Of a stretch of 55,703 nt of DNA, positions 11,370 to 21,248 are shown in pieces. The translations under genes were made by a program, and so were the position numbers. Position 1 is the stretch's first letter; each line of letters begins with the position of its first letter. Location of the stretch: assembly GCA_964412615.1 (NCBI GenBank), contig CAYPPK010000005.1, positions 1 to 55,703 of the forward strand, written 5' to 3'. A model generated the notes under the pieces. The model saw nothing but the letters and a program-made list of their open reading frames with translations, had not been told where the DNA came from and did no database searches. The DNA comes from an uncultured Candidatus Saccharibacteria bacterium (GTDB taxonomy: Bacteria > Patescibacteriota > Minisyncoccia > Sungbacterales > HO2-52-23).

Positions 11370-12470
11370 TTATAATCCTTCTTTTTTAAGCTCTTCAATA
11401 ATTTCCTTTACTTTTTTGCTTGTTTTCCTGGGCAAATCTACTTTAATTTCAATCAGCAAATCTCCCCGTCCGTAGCCGGATGCGCTGAATGCTCCCTTGC
11501 CGCGCAGTTTTAACACATCACCAGGTTGAGTTCCTTCCGGCACCTTAAGCTTAATAATTCCATCCAAAGAATTGATTTCAACCGTGCTGCCTAAAATAGC
11601 CTGCGAAAGCGAGATGGGCAGTTGCATGACTATATCGTCTCCTTGGCGGCTGAAAATTTCGTGCGGAATCACCTGGATTTTTATATACAAATCACCCGGG
11701 GTTCCGCCGTAGAAAGAAGCTTCGCCTTTGCCGGTCATTTTTAGCACCTCGCCATCTTTAACTCCGCGAGGAATGAATATTTCTATATTTTCACTGGCCT
11801 GCACAGCTCCGCGCCCGCGGCATCCTGTGCATAGGATATCCGGCCGCTTGCCGGTGCCGCTGCATTCTTGGCAGGTCGTGACTTGGGTAAAAGAACCCAA
11901 GAAAGTGCGTTGAGTTTTTTGCACATTCCCTCTGCCTTGGCAAGCGGGGCAGGTCTTTTGCTTAGCTCCAGGCTCACCGCCCGATCCTTGGCAGCGCGAG
12001 CAGCGTACTAATTTAGTTATAGTGGCCTCCTGCTTTCCGCCAAAAATTGATTCTGCAAAAGATATGCGAACTTCAAGTTTAATATCCTTGCCTCGGCGTC
12101 CCCTGGTGGTTCTGGCTTTGCCACCTCCACCCATTCCGGCAAAAAAATCTTCAAAAATATCGCTGAAATCAAAGTCGCCTTGACCCATGTTGCCAAAATC
12201 AAACCGAAATCCGCCCGGCCATTCAAATCCGCCTTGCTGAAAGCCGCCCTGAAATCCGGAACCCTCAAATACTTGGCCAAATTGATCGTATTGAGAACGC
12301 TTTCGATCATCTGCCAAGATTTGGTAAGCCTCGTTTATTTCCTTAAAACGCTGTTCATCCCCGCCTTTATCTGGATGATATTTATGTGCCAGAGCGCGAT
12401 AGGCTTTTTTTATTTCTTCTTTAGTCGCATTGCGAGCGACTCCTAAAATTTTATAGTAGTCTTTGGGCAT
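11370..12470 (-). CDS. dnaJ: chaperone DnaJ
   Basis: It has a J domain with HPD (YHPDKGG), a Gly/Phe-rich linker and four CxxCxGxG zinc motifs. Confidence 0.95.
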   Translation of the reverse strand: MPKDYYKILGVARNATKEEIKKAYRALAHKYHPDKGGDEQRFKEINEAYQILADDRKRSQYDQFGQVFEGSGFQGGFQQGGFEWPGGFRFDFGNMGQGDFDFSDIFEDFFAGMGGGGKARTTRGRRGKDIKLEVRISFAESIFGGKQEATITKLVRCSRCQGSGGEPGAKQKTCPACQGRGNVQKTQRTFLGSFTQVTTCQECSGTGKRPDILCTGCRGRGAVQASENIEIFIPRGVKDGEVLKMTGKGEASFYGGTPGDLYIKIQVIPHEIFSRQGDDIVMQLPISLSQAILGSTVEINSLDGIIKLKVPEGTQPGDVLKLRGKGAFSASGYGRGDLLIEIKVDLPRKTSKKVKEIIEELKKEGL

Positions 12471-12478
12471 TGGAAATG

Positions 12479-13255
12479 CTAAAGAGTGAACCTTTCAATT
12501 TCTATTTGTAACTTCTCTTTAGTCACTATTTTACTAAAAATCATGAATTTAAGCAAGAGAAAAACGAAAATTAGCGTTAGATAATAGATAGGAACCGTGA
12601 AAGCCTTGAAGGCAAAGAAAAAAATTAGAGCCGAAGCCAAAGGGAGAAAACTCCGGTAAGGCCCTAAAATATATTGCAATTCCGTTACCATCGCTTCATA
12701 AAAATCATCGGCATTAAATTGTAAGGCTTCCCCGGTCAGATTTTGCGAAACTTGATTAAAAGCAAAATTCACTGCCGGGCGCGGCAACAACCCATAGATA
12801 GCCAGCTCTTCATCCACGCTCACCAAATAAAAACTTGTCACTACCAAAGCGATGGCCGTGAAATAAAGGGGCAGTCCGGTGCGGGCAATTTTAGAAAGGC
12901 TAAAACCGATAGAAAGCAAATGCTCTTGCCGAATGCGGTGAACGGCAAAACCGACAATAAACAGATTCGCGATTAATATGGTAAGTATAGTTCTGGTGGC
13001 TTCCAGAAAGAAAAAAGGGATTGCTATACCAGCCACAAGCAAAGGATAAACCAATTTGGAATTGCGGATAAAAATGGCCGCCAGGACAAAAAATCCGCCA
13101 GCCATAATTAATCCGGCTACGGGAGCAATCAGACTGTAGTCACTAAAATCTCCGGCGACGATCAACGGCACGACTCCCCGCCAAAGCCAAAGTACCAGCA
13201 CGGTTACGCCGGCGGCTAAAACACCTATTATTAATTCTTTAGGAGAAAATTTCAC
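12479..13255 (-). CDS. hypothetical polytopic membrane protein embedded between dnaK and dnaJ
   Basis: The 258-aa ORF is strongly hydrophobic. Its GTG start abuts the dnaK stop. Confidence 0.6.
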   Translation of the reverse strand: MKFSPKELIIGVLAAGVTVLVLWLWRGVVPLIVAGDFSDYSLIAPVAGLIMAGGFFVLAAIFIRNSKLVYPLLVAGIAIPFFFLEATRTILTILIANLFIVGFAVHRIRQEHLLSIGFSLSKIARTGLPLYFTAIALVVTSFYLVSVDEELAIYGLLPRPAVNFAFNQVSQNLTGEALQFNADDFYEAMVTELQYILGPYRSFLPLASALIFFFAFKAFTVPIYYLTLIFVFLLLKFMIFSKIVTKEKLQIEIERFTL

Positions 13256-15145
13256 TTAAGAAGAATTTTCTTCGTCAGGTTTTCGCTCCTGGTTATCTTG
13301 AGGATTTGGATTATTATCCGGACCGGTTTGGCTGTTGGTTCCCGCTTGTTTGTATAATACCTCGCCTATTTTTTGCAGAGAAGTGGATAACTCTTGTGAA
13401 GCTCGCTTAATTGTTTCCGGATCGTTGCCATCTTTGACCTCTTTGAGAGATTTTATTTTTTCTTCAACTTCTTTTTTTACTTCCTCGCTGACTTTGTCCC
13501 CGGCATCGCGCACTGCTTTTTCGGCGGTATAAACCATGGTATCAGCCATATTGCGGCTATCTGCTAATTCACGTTTTTTACGGTCTTCTTCGGCGTGCAG
13601 TCCCGCGTCTTTTTTCATACGTTCTATTTCTTCCTTGGAAAGGGAAGTAGAAGCTTCAATGCGCACCGATTGCTCCTTGCCGGTTGCTTTATCTTTGGCT
13701 TTGACCGAAAGCACGCCGTTGGCGTCCAAGTCAAAAGTTACTTCTACCTGCGGCAGGCCGCGGGGCGAAGGTGGAATTCCGTCCAGAATAAAACGGGCCA
13801 GGGTTTTATTGTCCCCCGCCATTTCCCGCTCTCCCTGCAAAACATGGATCTCTACCGAGGTTTGGTTGTCTGCCGCTGTGGAAAAAATTTGGGATTTGGC
13901 CGTCGGGACAGTGGTATTTTTTTCAATAATTCTGGTCATCACCCCGCCCAAAGTCTCAATGCCGAGGGACAACGGAATAACGTCCAAAAGCAAAATATCC
14001 TTTACTTCGCCCTGCAAGATGCCGGCTTGCACGGCAGCCCCGTCCGCCACTACTTCATCGGGATTTATGCTGCGGTTTGGTTCTTTGCCAAAAAGTTCCT
14101 TAACCGCGTTGATGATAGCAGGCATCCTGGTTTGGCCGCCTACTAAAATAATTTCATCAATATCACTAAGCTGAAAGCCGGAATCTTTGACTACCTGTCT
14201 GGTGATTTCAATGGAGCGGTCAATCATGTCCCGTACCAATTCCTCCAGTTTAGCTCGCGCCATGCGCATTACTAAATGTTTCGGTCCGGAAGCATCGGAA
14301 GTAATAAAAGGCAAATTTATCTCAGTTTCCGGAGTGGTTGAAAGTTCATGTTTGGCGCGCTCAGCTGCTTCTTTCAAGCGTTGTAGAGCCAAAGTATCTC
14401 GGGAAAGATCAATTCCCTGCTCTTTTTTATATTCTTCGGTGATCCATCTAATGATGTGTTGATCAAAATCGTCTCCCCCCAGATGGGTATCGCCTCCAAC
14501 CGCCTTTACTTCAATGGTATCTCCGGTAACCTCCAAGACCGAAAGATCAAAAGTTCCGCCGCCAAAGTCGTAAACCACTATTTGCTCGTCTTTCTTTTTA
14601 TTAAAGCCATAAGCCAAAGCGGCAGCCGTAGGTTCATTCAAGATGCGGCGCACTTTCAAGCCGGCAATTTCACCGGCCGCTTGAGTGGCTTTTCTTTGCG
14701 AATCGTCAAAGTACGCCGGCACGGTAATAACCGCTTCGGTTATTTTTTGGCCCAGCTTTTCTTCCGCGTCCTGCTTTAGTTTCTGCAAAACCATCGCCGA
14801 GACTTCTTCCGGTCTTACCCAATTGTCAGCCAGTTTTATCTCCACCCCGCCGTTTTGGGCTTGGCGCATTTCATAAGGGAGCCAGGATTTATCGCGCTGA
14901 ACTTCCGGATCGGTAAATTTGCGGCCGATTAAGCGCTTGATAGAAAAAAGAGTGTTCTTGGGGTTAGTTACGGCTTGGCGCTTAGCTAGCAGCCCCGCCA
15001 GTCGGTCTCCGGACTTGGAAACAGCCACCATGGAGGGGGTAGTTCTGGCTCCTTCTTTATTTTCAACAATTTTGGGTTCGCTTCCTTCAATAACTGCCAT
15101 GGCGGAATTAGTAGTACCCAAATCTATGCCTAAAATTTTGCTCAT
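13256..15145 (-). CDS. dnaK: chaperone DnaK (Hsp70)
   Basis: It has GIDLGTTNS, DFGGGTFD and EEIERMKKDA, is 629 aa, and has a P/N/D-rich tail. Confidence 0.97.
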   Translation of the reverse strand: MSKILGIDLGTTNSAMAVIEGSEPKIVENKEGARTTPSMVAVSKSGDRLAGLLAKRQAVTNPKNTLFSIKRLIGRKFTDPEVQRDKSWLPYEMRQAQNGGVEIKLADNWVRPEEVSAMVLQKLKQDAEEKLGQKITEAVITVPAYFDDSQRKATQAAGEIAGLKVRRILNEPTAAALAYGFNKKKDEQIVVYDFGGGTFDLSVLEVTGDTIEVKAVGGDTHLGGDDFDQHIIRWITEEYKKEQGIDLSRDTLALQRLKEAAERAKHELSTTPETEINLPFITSDASGPKHLVMRMARAKLEELVRDMIDRSIEITRQVVKDSGFQLSDIDEIILVGGQTRMPAIINAVKELFGKEPNRSINPDEVVADGAAVQAGILQGEVKDILLLDVIPLSLGIETLGGVMTRIIEKNTTVPTAKSQIFSTAADNQTSVEIHVLQGEREMAGDNKTLARFILDGIPPSPRGLPQVEVTFDLDANGVLSVKAKDKATGKEQSVRIEASTSLSKEEIERMKKDAGLHAEEDRKKRELADSRNMADTMVYTAEKAVRDAGDKVSEEVKKEVEEKIKSLKEVKDGNDPETIKRASQELSTSLQKIGEVLYKQAGTNSQTGPDNNPNPQDNQERKPDEENSS

Positions 15146-15152
15146 AATTTAT

Positions 15153-15180
15153 TTGACTTAATTTTATTTTATATTATAAT
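15153..15180 (+). promoter_or_regulatory. promoter of the antisense small membrane ORF
   Basis: TTGACT (15153-15158), a 16-nt spacer, then TATAAT (15175-15180). Confidence 0.65.
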
Positions 15181-15205
15181 TTCTACTAGATCCAAGGAGA
15201 CTGCG

Positions 15206-15505
15206 ATGCTGGAAAACGCTGCCGGAACAATTTTTCTTACTGTCGTATCGCTGATTGTGGCTGTAATTATTTTTCGCGGCACTTCTTATCACAAAGTTCT
15301 TCCGCCCATTTTTTTGATTGCCGCGATTATGGTAATTGTTACCCTGGTTATGGTCGTACTGAAAGTCTATCAAATCTGTTTGGTTAAGTTTCTTTCCGCC
15401 CTACTATTTCTGGGCGGGGCAAGCTGGCTGATTATCAGAATCCGCACCATCCTTCGCGAAAATCGCCAAGATCCTCGCAGCGGCTGGATAGACGCCTCTC
15501 GTTAA
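15206..15505 (+). CDS. small membrane protein (99 aa, about 3 TM) antisense within the heat-shock operon
   Basis: It has AAGGAG at 15194-15199, 6 nt before the ATG, a consensus promoter upstream, and hydrophobic segments (IFLTVVSLIVAVIIF, PPIFLIAAIMVIVTLVMVVL, LSALLFLGGASWLII). Confidence 0.6.
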   Translation: MLENAAGTIFLTVVSLIVAVIIFRGTSYHKVLPPIFLIAAIMVIVTLVMVVLKVYQICLVKFLSALLFLGGASWLIIRIRTILRENRQDPRSGWIDASR

Positions 15506-15521
15506 ATCGGGAGGCAGTTTT

Positions 15522-16097
15522 TTATTTTTTGCTTTTTGCCAGCCGCACTCGCACGGGTCTTAAAACTTTTCCCTTCAAAAAATATCCTTTCTGCACTTCT
15601 TCGGCAATTGATCCCTCCGGCAGATCCGTCTCAATTTCTCCGATAGCTTCATGCTTTTCCGGGTCAAATTGATCCCCTACCTCCACCTTTATTTGTTCTA
15701 ACCCCCGTTTGCGCAAAATGTCTTCAAATTGGGAGCGGATTAAAAGAATGCCTTTTTCCAGCGCGGGATCCCGCCCGCCTGCCGCTGGCCTAGACTCGCC
15801 CTTGAAATGAAATTCAAGGGCGGCAAAACTATCCAGTACCGGCATTATTTCTTGGACAATCCCCGCGGTGATAAATCGAGCCATATCCTCCAGCCGTTTG
15901 CCTTCCTCATTTTTATAATTGATATGATCGGCTTTTGCTCTCTGCCAGCCGGCTAAATAATCCTGGCGCTCGGCATCACATTTCCTTAACTCCTCTTTCA
16001 ATTGTTTAATTTTTTTCTGGGCGTCGGGCAAAGCAGCATTGCTATCTTCATCGGCTATCATTTCTAAATCGTCATTTGTTTTGTCTTCTTCGTCCAT
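15522..16097 (-). CDS. grpE: nucleotide exchange factor GrpE
   Basis: It has a coiled-coil N-terminus and a C-terminus FDPEKHEAIGE...VQKGYFLKGKVLRPVRV typical of GrpE. Confidence 0.9.
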   Translation of the reverse strand: MDEEDKTNDDLEMIADEDSNAALPDAQKKIKQLKEELRKCDAERQDYLAGWQRAKADHINYKNEEGKRLEDMARFITAGIVQEIMPVLDSFAALEFHFKGESRPAAGGRDPALEKGILLIRSQFEDILRKRGLEQIKVEVGDQFDPEKHEAIGEIETDLPEGSIAEEVQKGYFLKGKVLRPVRVRLAKSKK

Positions 16098-16104
16098 AAA
16101 TAAG

Positions 16105-16818
16105 TTATTTATCCGATTGATTTTGTATTTTTTTTAAACTCCGCACTAAAGCTTTATGCCGGTTATAATCCGTGCGCTTAGGACTAATCAAAGTTACAAA
16201 CCCGCTAAAACCTTCCGGGTGCTGCCAAGAAGAAAAAATCATAGAGCATTCGGCCGCTTCTTTCAAAGGATTTTCCTGGCCGATAAAAATTCTGCCAGAT
16301 TCGGAATTATTTTCGGCAATATCCCACAGTCTCTCGTCCAAGATATCCAATAAGCGGCCCAAGGCGCGAGCATTGGCTGGTTCATAAAATTCAGGTTCTT
16401 CCATCAGGTGGGAAAAGCCGGTTTCGTAAAGCAGATCATCTTCAAACATCCCGGCCACTGCAAAAGTCCGGGAAATTGCCGAAACAGTTTTGCTGAATTC
16501 GCGGATAAAATCTTCCATCTCATCTATGGCGAATACTTCCTGCAGCAGTTTTTCGTCGTGCTTGTGCAAAAAATCATTTTCCAGTAAATTATCAACAAAA
16601 AACCGGTAGCCTTTATCGGTTGGTATGCGCCCGGCTGAAGTATGCGGCTGAGTAAGCAGCCCCAATTCATCTAAGGCCAGCATTTCGTTTCTGATGGTCG
16701 CTGAACTTAAATCTCCTGGCAGAAGTTTGGCCAATTCTTGGGAAGCGATGGGACGAGCAGTGCGTACGAATTCCTGTACGGTGGCAAAAAGAATGGATTT
16801 TTGGCGATCTTTCAACAT
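16105..16818 (-). CDS. hrcA: heat-inducible transcription repressor HrcA (short form)
   Basis: The N-terminal winged helix (LKDRQKSILFATVQEFVRTARPIASQELAK...ATIRNEMLALDELGLL) is HrcA-like. It is the first gene of hrcA-grpE-dnaK, and CIRCE lies upstream. Confidence 0.85.
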   Translation of the reverse strand: MLKDRQKSILFATVQEFVRTARPIASQELAKLLPGDLSSATIRNEMLALDELGLLTQPHTSAGRIPTDKGYRFFVDNLLENDFLHKHDEKLLQEVFAIDEMEDFIREFSKTVSAISRTFAVAGMFEDDLLYETGFSHLMEEPEFYEPANARALGRLLDILDERLWDIAENNSESGRIFIGQENPLKEAAECSMIFSSWQHPEGFSGFVTLISPKRTDYNRHKALVRSLKKIQNQSDK

Positions 16819-16825
16819 TGTTGGT

Positions 16826-16853
16826 ATTATAGTTTATTTAGCAGTCAAGTCAA
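16826..16853 (-). promoter_or_regulatory. hrcA promoter overlapping CIRCE
   Basis: The minus strand reads TTGACT (16848-16853), a 16-nt spacer, then TATAAT (16826-16831). Only 7 nt separate the -10 box from the ATG. Confidence 0.6.
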
Positions 16854-16863
16854 GGAGTGCTAA
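16838..16863 (-). promoter_or_regulatory. CIRCE-like operator upstream of hrcA
   Basis: TTAGCAGTC-aagtcaag-GAGTGCTAA. The arms match CIRCE with one mismatch. By my count the spacer is 8 nt rather than 9. Confidence 0.75.
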
Positions 16864-16917
16864 ATCATGGCAATACCTGTTCATTTTTAGTTCATCTGAA
16901 AGTAGATTAATTAGTTC

Positions 16918-17328
16918 ATGAGATTAAAATTAGGCACCCAGGAAAATGGCCCGGTTGGGGAAAATTTTGCCAACCAGCGGCGCGTTTTAATCGTGGACGA
17001 TAATACCAATTTAGCTAGGTTATTTGAATACCTGCTTTGCTCGTGGGGCCACACGGTGAAGGTGGTAAACGACAGCACAGAGGCGGTTCGCGAGTTCAGC
17101 GATTTCAAACCAGATATTGCCATGCTGGATATTGGGCTTCCTGGCTTGGATGGTTATGCCATAGCGGCAGAATTGCGTTATCGCTCCCAAACTTTAACTA
17201 TTATAGGGGTCAGCAGCTATAAAAATCATATCAGTGCCGAACGCCTGCAAGAAATCGGTTTTAATCACTACTTAACTAAGCCTTTTGACGTTAAAACCCT
17301 AAAAGAAATAGTAGAGATCAAGGTTTAA
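16918..17328 (+). CDS. stand-alone response-regulator receiver domain protein (CheY-like)
   Basis: VLIVDDN...PDIAMLDIGLPGLDG...KP has the receiver acidic pocket, the phospho-Asp position and the conserved Lys. There is no output domain. Confidence 0.8.
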   Translation: MRLKLGTQENGPVGENFANQRRVLIVDDNTNLARLFEYLLCSWGHTVKVVNDSTEAVREFSDFKPDIAMLDIGLPGLDGYAIAAELRYRSQTLTIIGVSSYKNHISAERLQEIGFNHYLTKPFDVKTLKEIVEIKV

Positions 17329-17340
17329 CTCATTGCTTTC

Positions 17341-17373
17341 ATCCCGCCTAAAGTCACTTTAGGCGGGATTTTG
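17341..17373 (+). terminator. intrinsic terminator after the receiver gene
   Basis: A perfect 14-nt inverted repeat, atcccgcctaaagt/actttaggcgggat, is followed by TTTT. Confidence 0.8.
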
Positions 17374-17400
17374 CTTTACGCCTGAATTTGTTATATTGAG

Positions 17401-18354
17401 TTGACCATGCAAATTTTACTAAACTCGCTATTTCTACTTTTGGCCTTGCTGGCCGTTGCCCGGGGCGCCCGGTTAATAGTTAAATATGCTCCGCCCTTGG
17501 CAATGCTGCTTGGCATGTCAGGATTTCTTACCAGTTTTCTGGTCATCGGCGTAATTTCAGTATTTCCGGAATTTGCTATTGCTCTCATTTCCAGCTGGAA
17601 AGGAGTTCCCACGCTAGGGCTGGGGACTTTATTCGGCTCTAATGTGGCCGATCTTACTTTAGTTTTGGGCATAGCCGCGTTGTTTGCCGGAAAAGGACTG
17701 GCGGTAAAAACAGATTTTTTGAAAGACGATTTAATTCTTATTGCCCCTCTGATATTGCCGGTCTTTTTGGGGATAGACGGCAATTTCTCCCGTTTAGATG
17801 GGATTTTACTTATAACCGCCGGTCTGCTTTTATTTTTGTTTCTTTACAAGAGAAACCGGCGGCATGCGTTAAGAGAAGTTAAATTTTCAACCGGGATGGA
17901 GATGCTGCAAACTGTTCTCTTATTTCTTTTGGGGCTGGCAGCTTTGCTTGGCGGGGCTTATGCCACCGTAATTGTCGCCAATAGAATTTCCGGCCTGCTG
18001 GTTTTGCCGGAAGTTCTCATCGGCATTTCTTTCGTAACTTTGGGAACATTAATCCCGGAACTTACTTTTGCCATTAAAGCAGCGCGAGAAAAAGAAGGCG
18101 AACTGGTTTTGGGAGATATCCTGGGCATAGTAATAACCGATATCACTTTGGTGCTGGGAGCCATGGCTTTTTTCAGTCCTTTCTCTTTTGATCCGAAACT
18201 TATTTCCGTGACGGGATTTGCCATGGTTTTTGCCGCCATCATTTCACTCAATTTTATGAAATCGGACAAATTGCTTTCCAAAAATGAAGGGGTGGTGTTG
18301 ATTTTTCTCTATATAATATTTTTGGCCGCGGTATTTTCTTCCCAAGGAATATAG
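17401..18354 (+). CDS. Ca2+/cation antiporter family (CaCA/YrbG-like) membrane protein
   Basis: It has about 10 TM segments with two internal repeats resembling alpha-repeats (FPEFAIAL...GSNVADLTLVLG and GTLIPELTFAI...GDILGIVITDITLVLG). Confidence 0.7.
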   Translation: MTMQILLNSLFLLLALLAVARGARLIVKYAPPLAMLLGMSGFLTSFLVIGVISVFPEFAIALISSWKGVPTLGLGTLFGSNVADLTLVLGIAALFAGKGLAVKTDFLKDDLILIAPLILPVFLGIDGNFSRLDGILLITAGLLLFLFLYKRNRRHALREVKFSTGMEMLQTVLLFLLGLAALLGGAYATVIVANRISGLLVLPEVLIGISFVTLGTLIPELTFAIKAAREKEGELVLGDILGIVITDITLVLGAMAFFSPFSFDPKLISVTGFAMVFAAIISLNFMKSDKLLSKNEGVVLIFLYIIFLAAVFSSQGI

Positions 18355-18362
18355 ACGGAACC

Positions 18363-19727
18363 ATGTTAAAATTTTTTAATACTCTAACTCGCAAAAAAGA
18401 GAATTTTAAACCCATCCGCAAGGATTGGGTTGGTTTATATACCTGCGGACCTACGGTTTATAACTATGTGCATATTGGAAATTTTAGGACTTACCTTTTT
18501 CAAGATATTTTAAAACGGGTTCTCCTATATGGCGGCTTTAACGTAAAGCATATTATGAATACGACGGATGTTGACGATAAAACCATCCGCGGGGCAAAGG
18601 AAGCCGGGAAGACCTTAAAAAAATTTACCTCTTTTTATGAGCGAGCATTTTTAAATGATTTAAAACTTTTAAATATAAAGCCGCCCAGCCGTTTGGTTAG
18701 AGCAACTGACCATATTCCCGATATGATTAAATTTATCCAGAAGCTTTTGCTGAAAGGCATAGCATACCAGAAAAATAACTCCATATATTTTTCCCTAAAC
18801 AAATTCAAGCCTTATGGAAAACTGTCACATTTGAGTAAAAGAAAGCTAAAGCCGGGGGCCCGAGTTGACGTTGACGAATATTCAAAAGAGAACGTTCAAG
18901 ATTTTGTTCTTTGGAAAGGCAAAAAATCCGGCGAGCCGTCTTGGCCAGCTCCTTTCGGAGAAGGACGACCTGGCTGGCATATTGAATGTTCTGCCATGTC
19001 TATAAAATATTTGGGCCTTCCTTTTGACCTCCATTCCGGCGGGGTTGATCTTATCTTCCCCCACCACGAAAATGAAATCGCGCAAGCAGAGGCCGCTTAC
19101 CGAAAAAAATTTGCTAAATTATGGATACATGGTGAACATCTTTTAGTTGAAGGCGAGAAAATGGCAAAATCGCTGGGAAATATTTATACTTTGCGCGATA
19201 TTATGATAAAAAAAATTGATCCCTTAGCTTTCCGCTATTTGCTGCTAAGTTCGCATTATCGTTCCAAGTTAAATTTCACTTGGGAATCGCTGGTCGCGGC
19301 TCAGAGTTCGTTAACACGGCTTTATGAATTTTTAAGAAAACTTAAAATAGCAGGCAGGAGTAGGGGTAAGCTTCCTGTTAAATATGGAAATTCATTTAAA
19401 CAGGCGATTTTTGACGATTTAAATACGCCTCGCGCCTTGGCAATTATTTGGCAATTAATATCAGACTATAATAAGCACTCTCAAATTTATAATTCCAAAG
19501 AAATTTTAAATTTGCTTTATAAATTTGACCAGGTATTAGGTTTAAAATTTAGAGAAGTAAAAACTGAAAAAATACCGGCAAAGATTTTAAAACTTAGCCA
19601 ACAAAGAGAAAACTTTCGTAAAGGGAAACATTGGCAAGAGGCAGATCAGATACGCAAAAAAATAGAAAAATTAGGCTATTTGATAGACGATACTTCTCAC
19701 GGGCCAAAGGTAAGATCAGCCAATTAG
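18363..19727 (+). CDS. cysS: cysteine--tRNA ligase
   Basis: It has a class I HIGN motif (YNYVHIGNFRTY), KMAKS and the CysRS-typical N-terminus FNTLTRKKENF. Confidence 0.92.
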   Translation: MLKFFNTLTRKKENFKPIRKDWVGLYTCGPTVYNYVHIGNFRTYLFQDILKRVLLYGGFNVKHIMNTTDVDDKTIRGAKEAGKTLKKFTSFYERAFLNDLKLLNIKPPSRLVRATDHIPDMIKFIQKLLLKGIAYQKNNSIYFSLNKFKPYGKLSHLSKRKLKPGARVDVDEYSKENVQDFVLWKGKKSGEPSWPAPFGEGRPGWHIECSAMSIKYLGLPFDLHSGGVDLIFPHHENEIAQAEAAYRKKFAKLWIHGEHLLVEGEKMAKSLGNIYTLRDIMIKKIDPLAFRYLLLSSHYRSKLNFTWESLVAAQSSLTRLYEFLRKLKIAGRSRGKLPVKYGNSFKQAIFDDLNTPRALAIIWQLISDYNKHSQIYNSKEILNLLYKFDQVLGLKFREVKTEKIPAKILKLSQQRENFRKGKHWQEADQIRKKIEKLGYLIDDTSHGPKVRSAN

Positions 19728-19876
19728 ACATAAACAACCAGTGCACAGTTTTTCCATTGTTTTGCCAAGCCGACGCTCTGGTCGGCTCCCCGACTTCAAT
19801 ATTATGATATTAAAAACAGCGCGTCGGGGTTGCCTTAAATTAAATAAGAATCTATGCTGGCCTTGACCTTATAATT

Positions 19877-21241
19877 ATGGCACAAGAAGCGACTCGAAAA
19901 CCTCCTCAAGATTTGGAAGCGGAAATATCGGTTCTAGGTTCTTTAATGTTGGACAAAGAGGCTATTTACCGGGTGGTTGATTATTTAAGCGTTAAGGATT
20001 TCTATAAACCAGTCCATCAAGATATCTATGGCGCCATGCTGGACCTTTGCAATCGCCGAGAGCCTTTGGATGTTTTAAGCGCAACTAGCCGGTTGCGAGA
20101 ATTAGGCAAATTGGAGGAAATTGGAGGGTCTTCTTATCTGGCCACCCTCATAAATTCTGTTCCGACGGCCAGCCACGTGGAGCATTACGCTTCAATTGTG
20201 CGCCGTAAGCGGCTTTTGCGGGATTTGATTGATGCCTCCCATCACATTGCGCAACTCGGCTACAACGAGGCCGGAGATGTGGAGCAACTACTGGATGAGG
20301 CAGAGCAAAGAATCTTCGGCATTACCAAAGATTCTTTGCGCCAAGAATTTCTAGCTATCCGCGATGCACTGGAAGAAGCTTGGGAACGAATTGAGCGAAT
20401 CCACCATGAACGGGATACTTTGCGCGGAGTTACCACTGGTTTTTCTGATTTGGATCAAATCTTGGGCGGATTGCAGCGCTCTGACCTTGTAGTGCTGGCC
20501 GCTCGTCCCAGTTTGGGAAAGACTTCTTTGGCCTTAGATATTGCCCGTAATGCCGCCCACAAATCTCATCCGGTTGGATTCTTCAGCCTAGAAATGTCAC
20601 GCGAGCAATTAATAGACCGTTTAATCGCGGCGGAAGCAGGAGTAGATTTATGGCGCCTGCGCACCGGCCACTTGCGCTCGGAGGGTGAAAATAACGATTT
20701 TTCACTCCTGCAATCCGCTATGGCCAAACTTTCCGGCATTCCGGTATATTTGGATGATTCTCCTTCTCCCACGGTGATGGAATTGCGCGCTAAAGCCCGT
20801 CGTTTGCAGGCCGAGAAAAAATTGGACCTGGTGGTAGTAGATTATCTTCAACTTATTAAAGGCCATGGCAGCCCGGAATCGCGGGTGCAAGAAGTGTCGG
20901 AAATATCCCGTTCACTCAAAGCTATGGCCAAAGAATTGAATATCCCGGTACTGGCTATTTCCCAGCTTTCCCGCGGCGTAGAAATGCGCCCTTCTTCCGT
21001 GCCCAAACTTTCTGATCTTCGCGAATCCGGATCAATTGAACAGGATGCGGACGTGGTCATGTTTATTTATAGAGAAGATAAGGTGCGAGAAAATTCTGAC
21101 CGAAAAAATATCGCCGAAATCAGGGTGGAGAAGCACCGCAACGGCCCCACCGGAAAAATAGAATTATTCTTCCACGAAGAAACATCATCTTTCCGCTCCA
21201 TGGCCAAGCATTACGAAGAAGCAATGGCGGTTAGCCTCTGA
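19877..21241 (+). CDS. dnaB: replicative DNA helicase DnaB
   Basis: It has PQDLEAEISVLGSLM at the N-terminus, the Walker A motif ARPSLGKTS, and the RecA-like C-terminal motifs (ISQLSR, SGSIEQDAD). Confidence 0.95.
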   Translation: MAQEATRKPPQDLEAEISVLGSLMLDKEAIYRVVDYLSVKDFYKPVHQDIYGAMLDLCNRREPLDVLSATSRLRELGKLEEIGGSSYLATLINSVPTASHVEHYASIVRRKRLLRDLIDASHHIAQLGYNEAGDVEQLLDEAEQRIFGITKDSLRQEFLAIRDALEEAWERIERIHHERDTLRGVTTGFSDLDQILGGLQRSDLVVLAARPSLGKTSLALDIARNAAHKSHPVGFFSLEMSREQLIDRLIAAEAGVDLWRLRTGHLRSEGENNDFSLLQSAMAKLSGIPVYLDDSPSPTVMELRAKARRLQAEKKLDLVVVDYLQLIKGHGSPESRVQEVSEISRSLKAMAKELNIPVLAISQLSRGVEMRPSSVPKLSDLRESGSIEQDADVVMFIYREDKVRENSDRKNIAEIRVEKHRNGPTGKIELFFHEETSSFRSMAKHYEEAMAVSL

Positions 21242-21248
21242 AGCGAAT

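Noticed and set aside
16911-17123. 70-aa minus-strand ORF opposite the receiver-domain gene
   Set aside because: It overlaps a gene with a clear conserved domain and has no signals of its own.
18355-18362. T-box or other leader upstream of cysS and trpS
   Set aside because: cysS starts 8 nt after the preceding gene, and trpS starts immediately after the rnj stop with no spacer. There is no room for a riboswitch leader.
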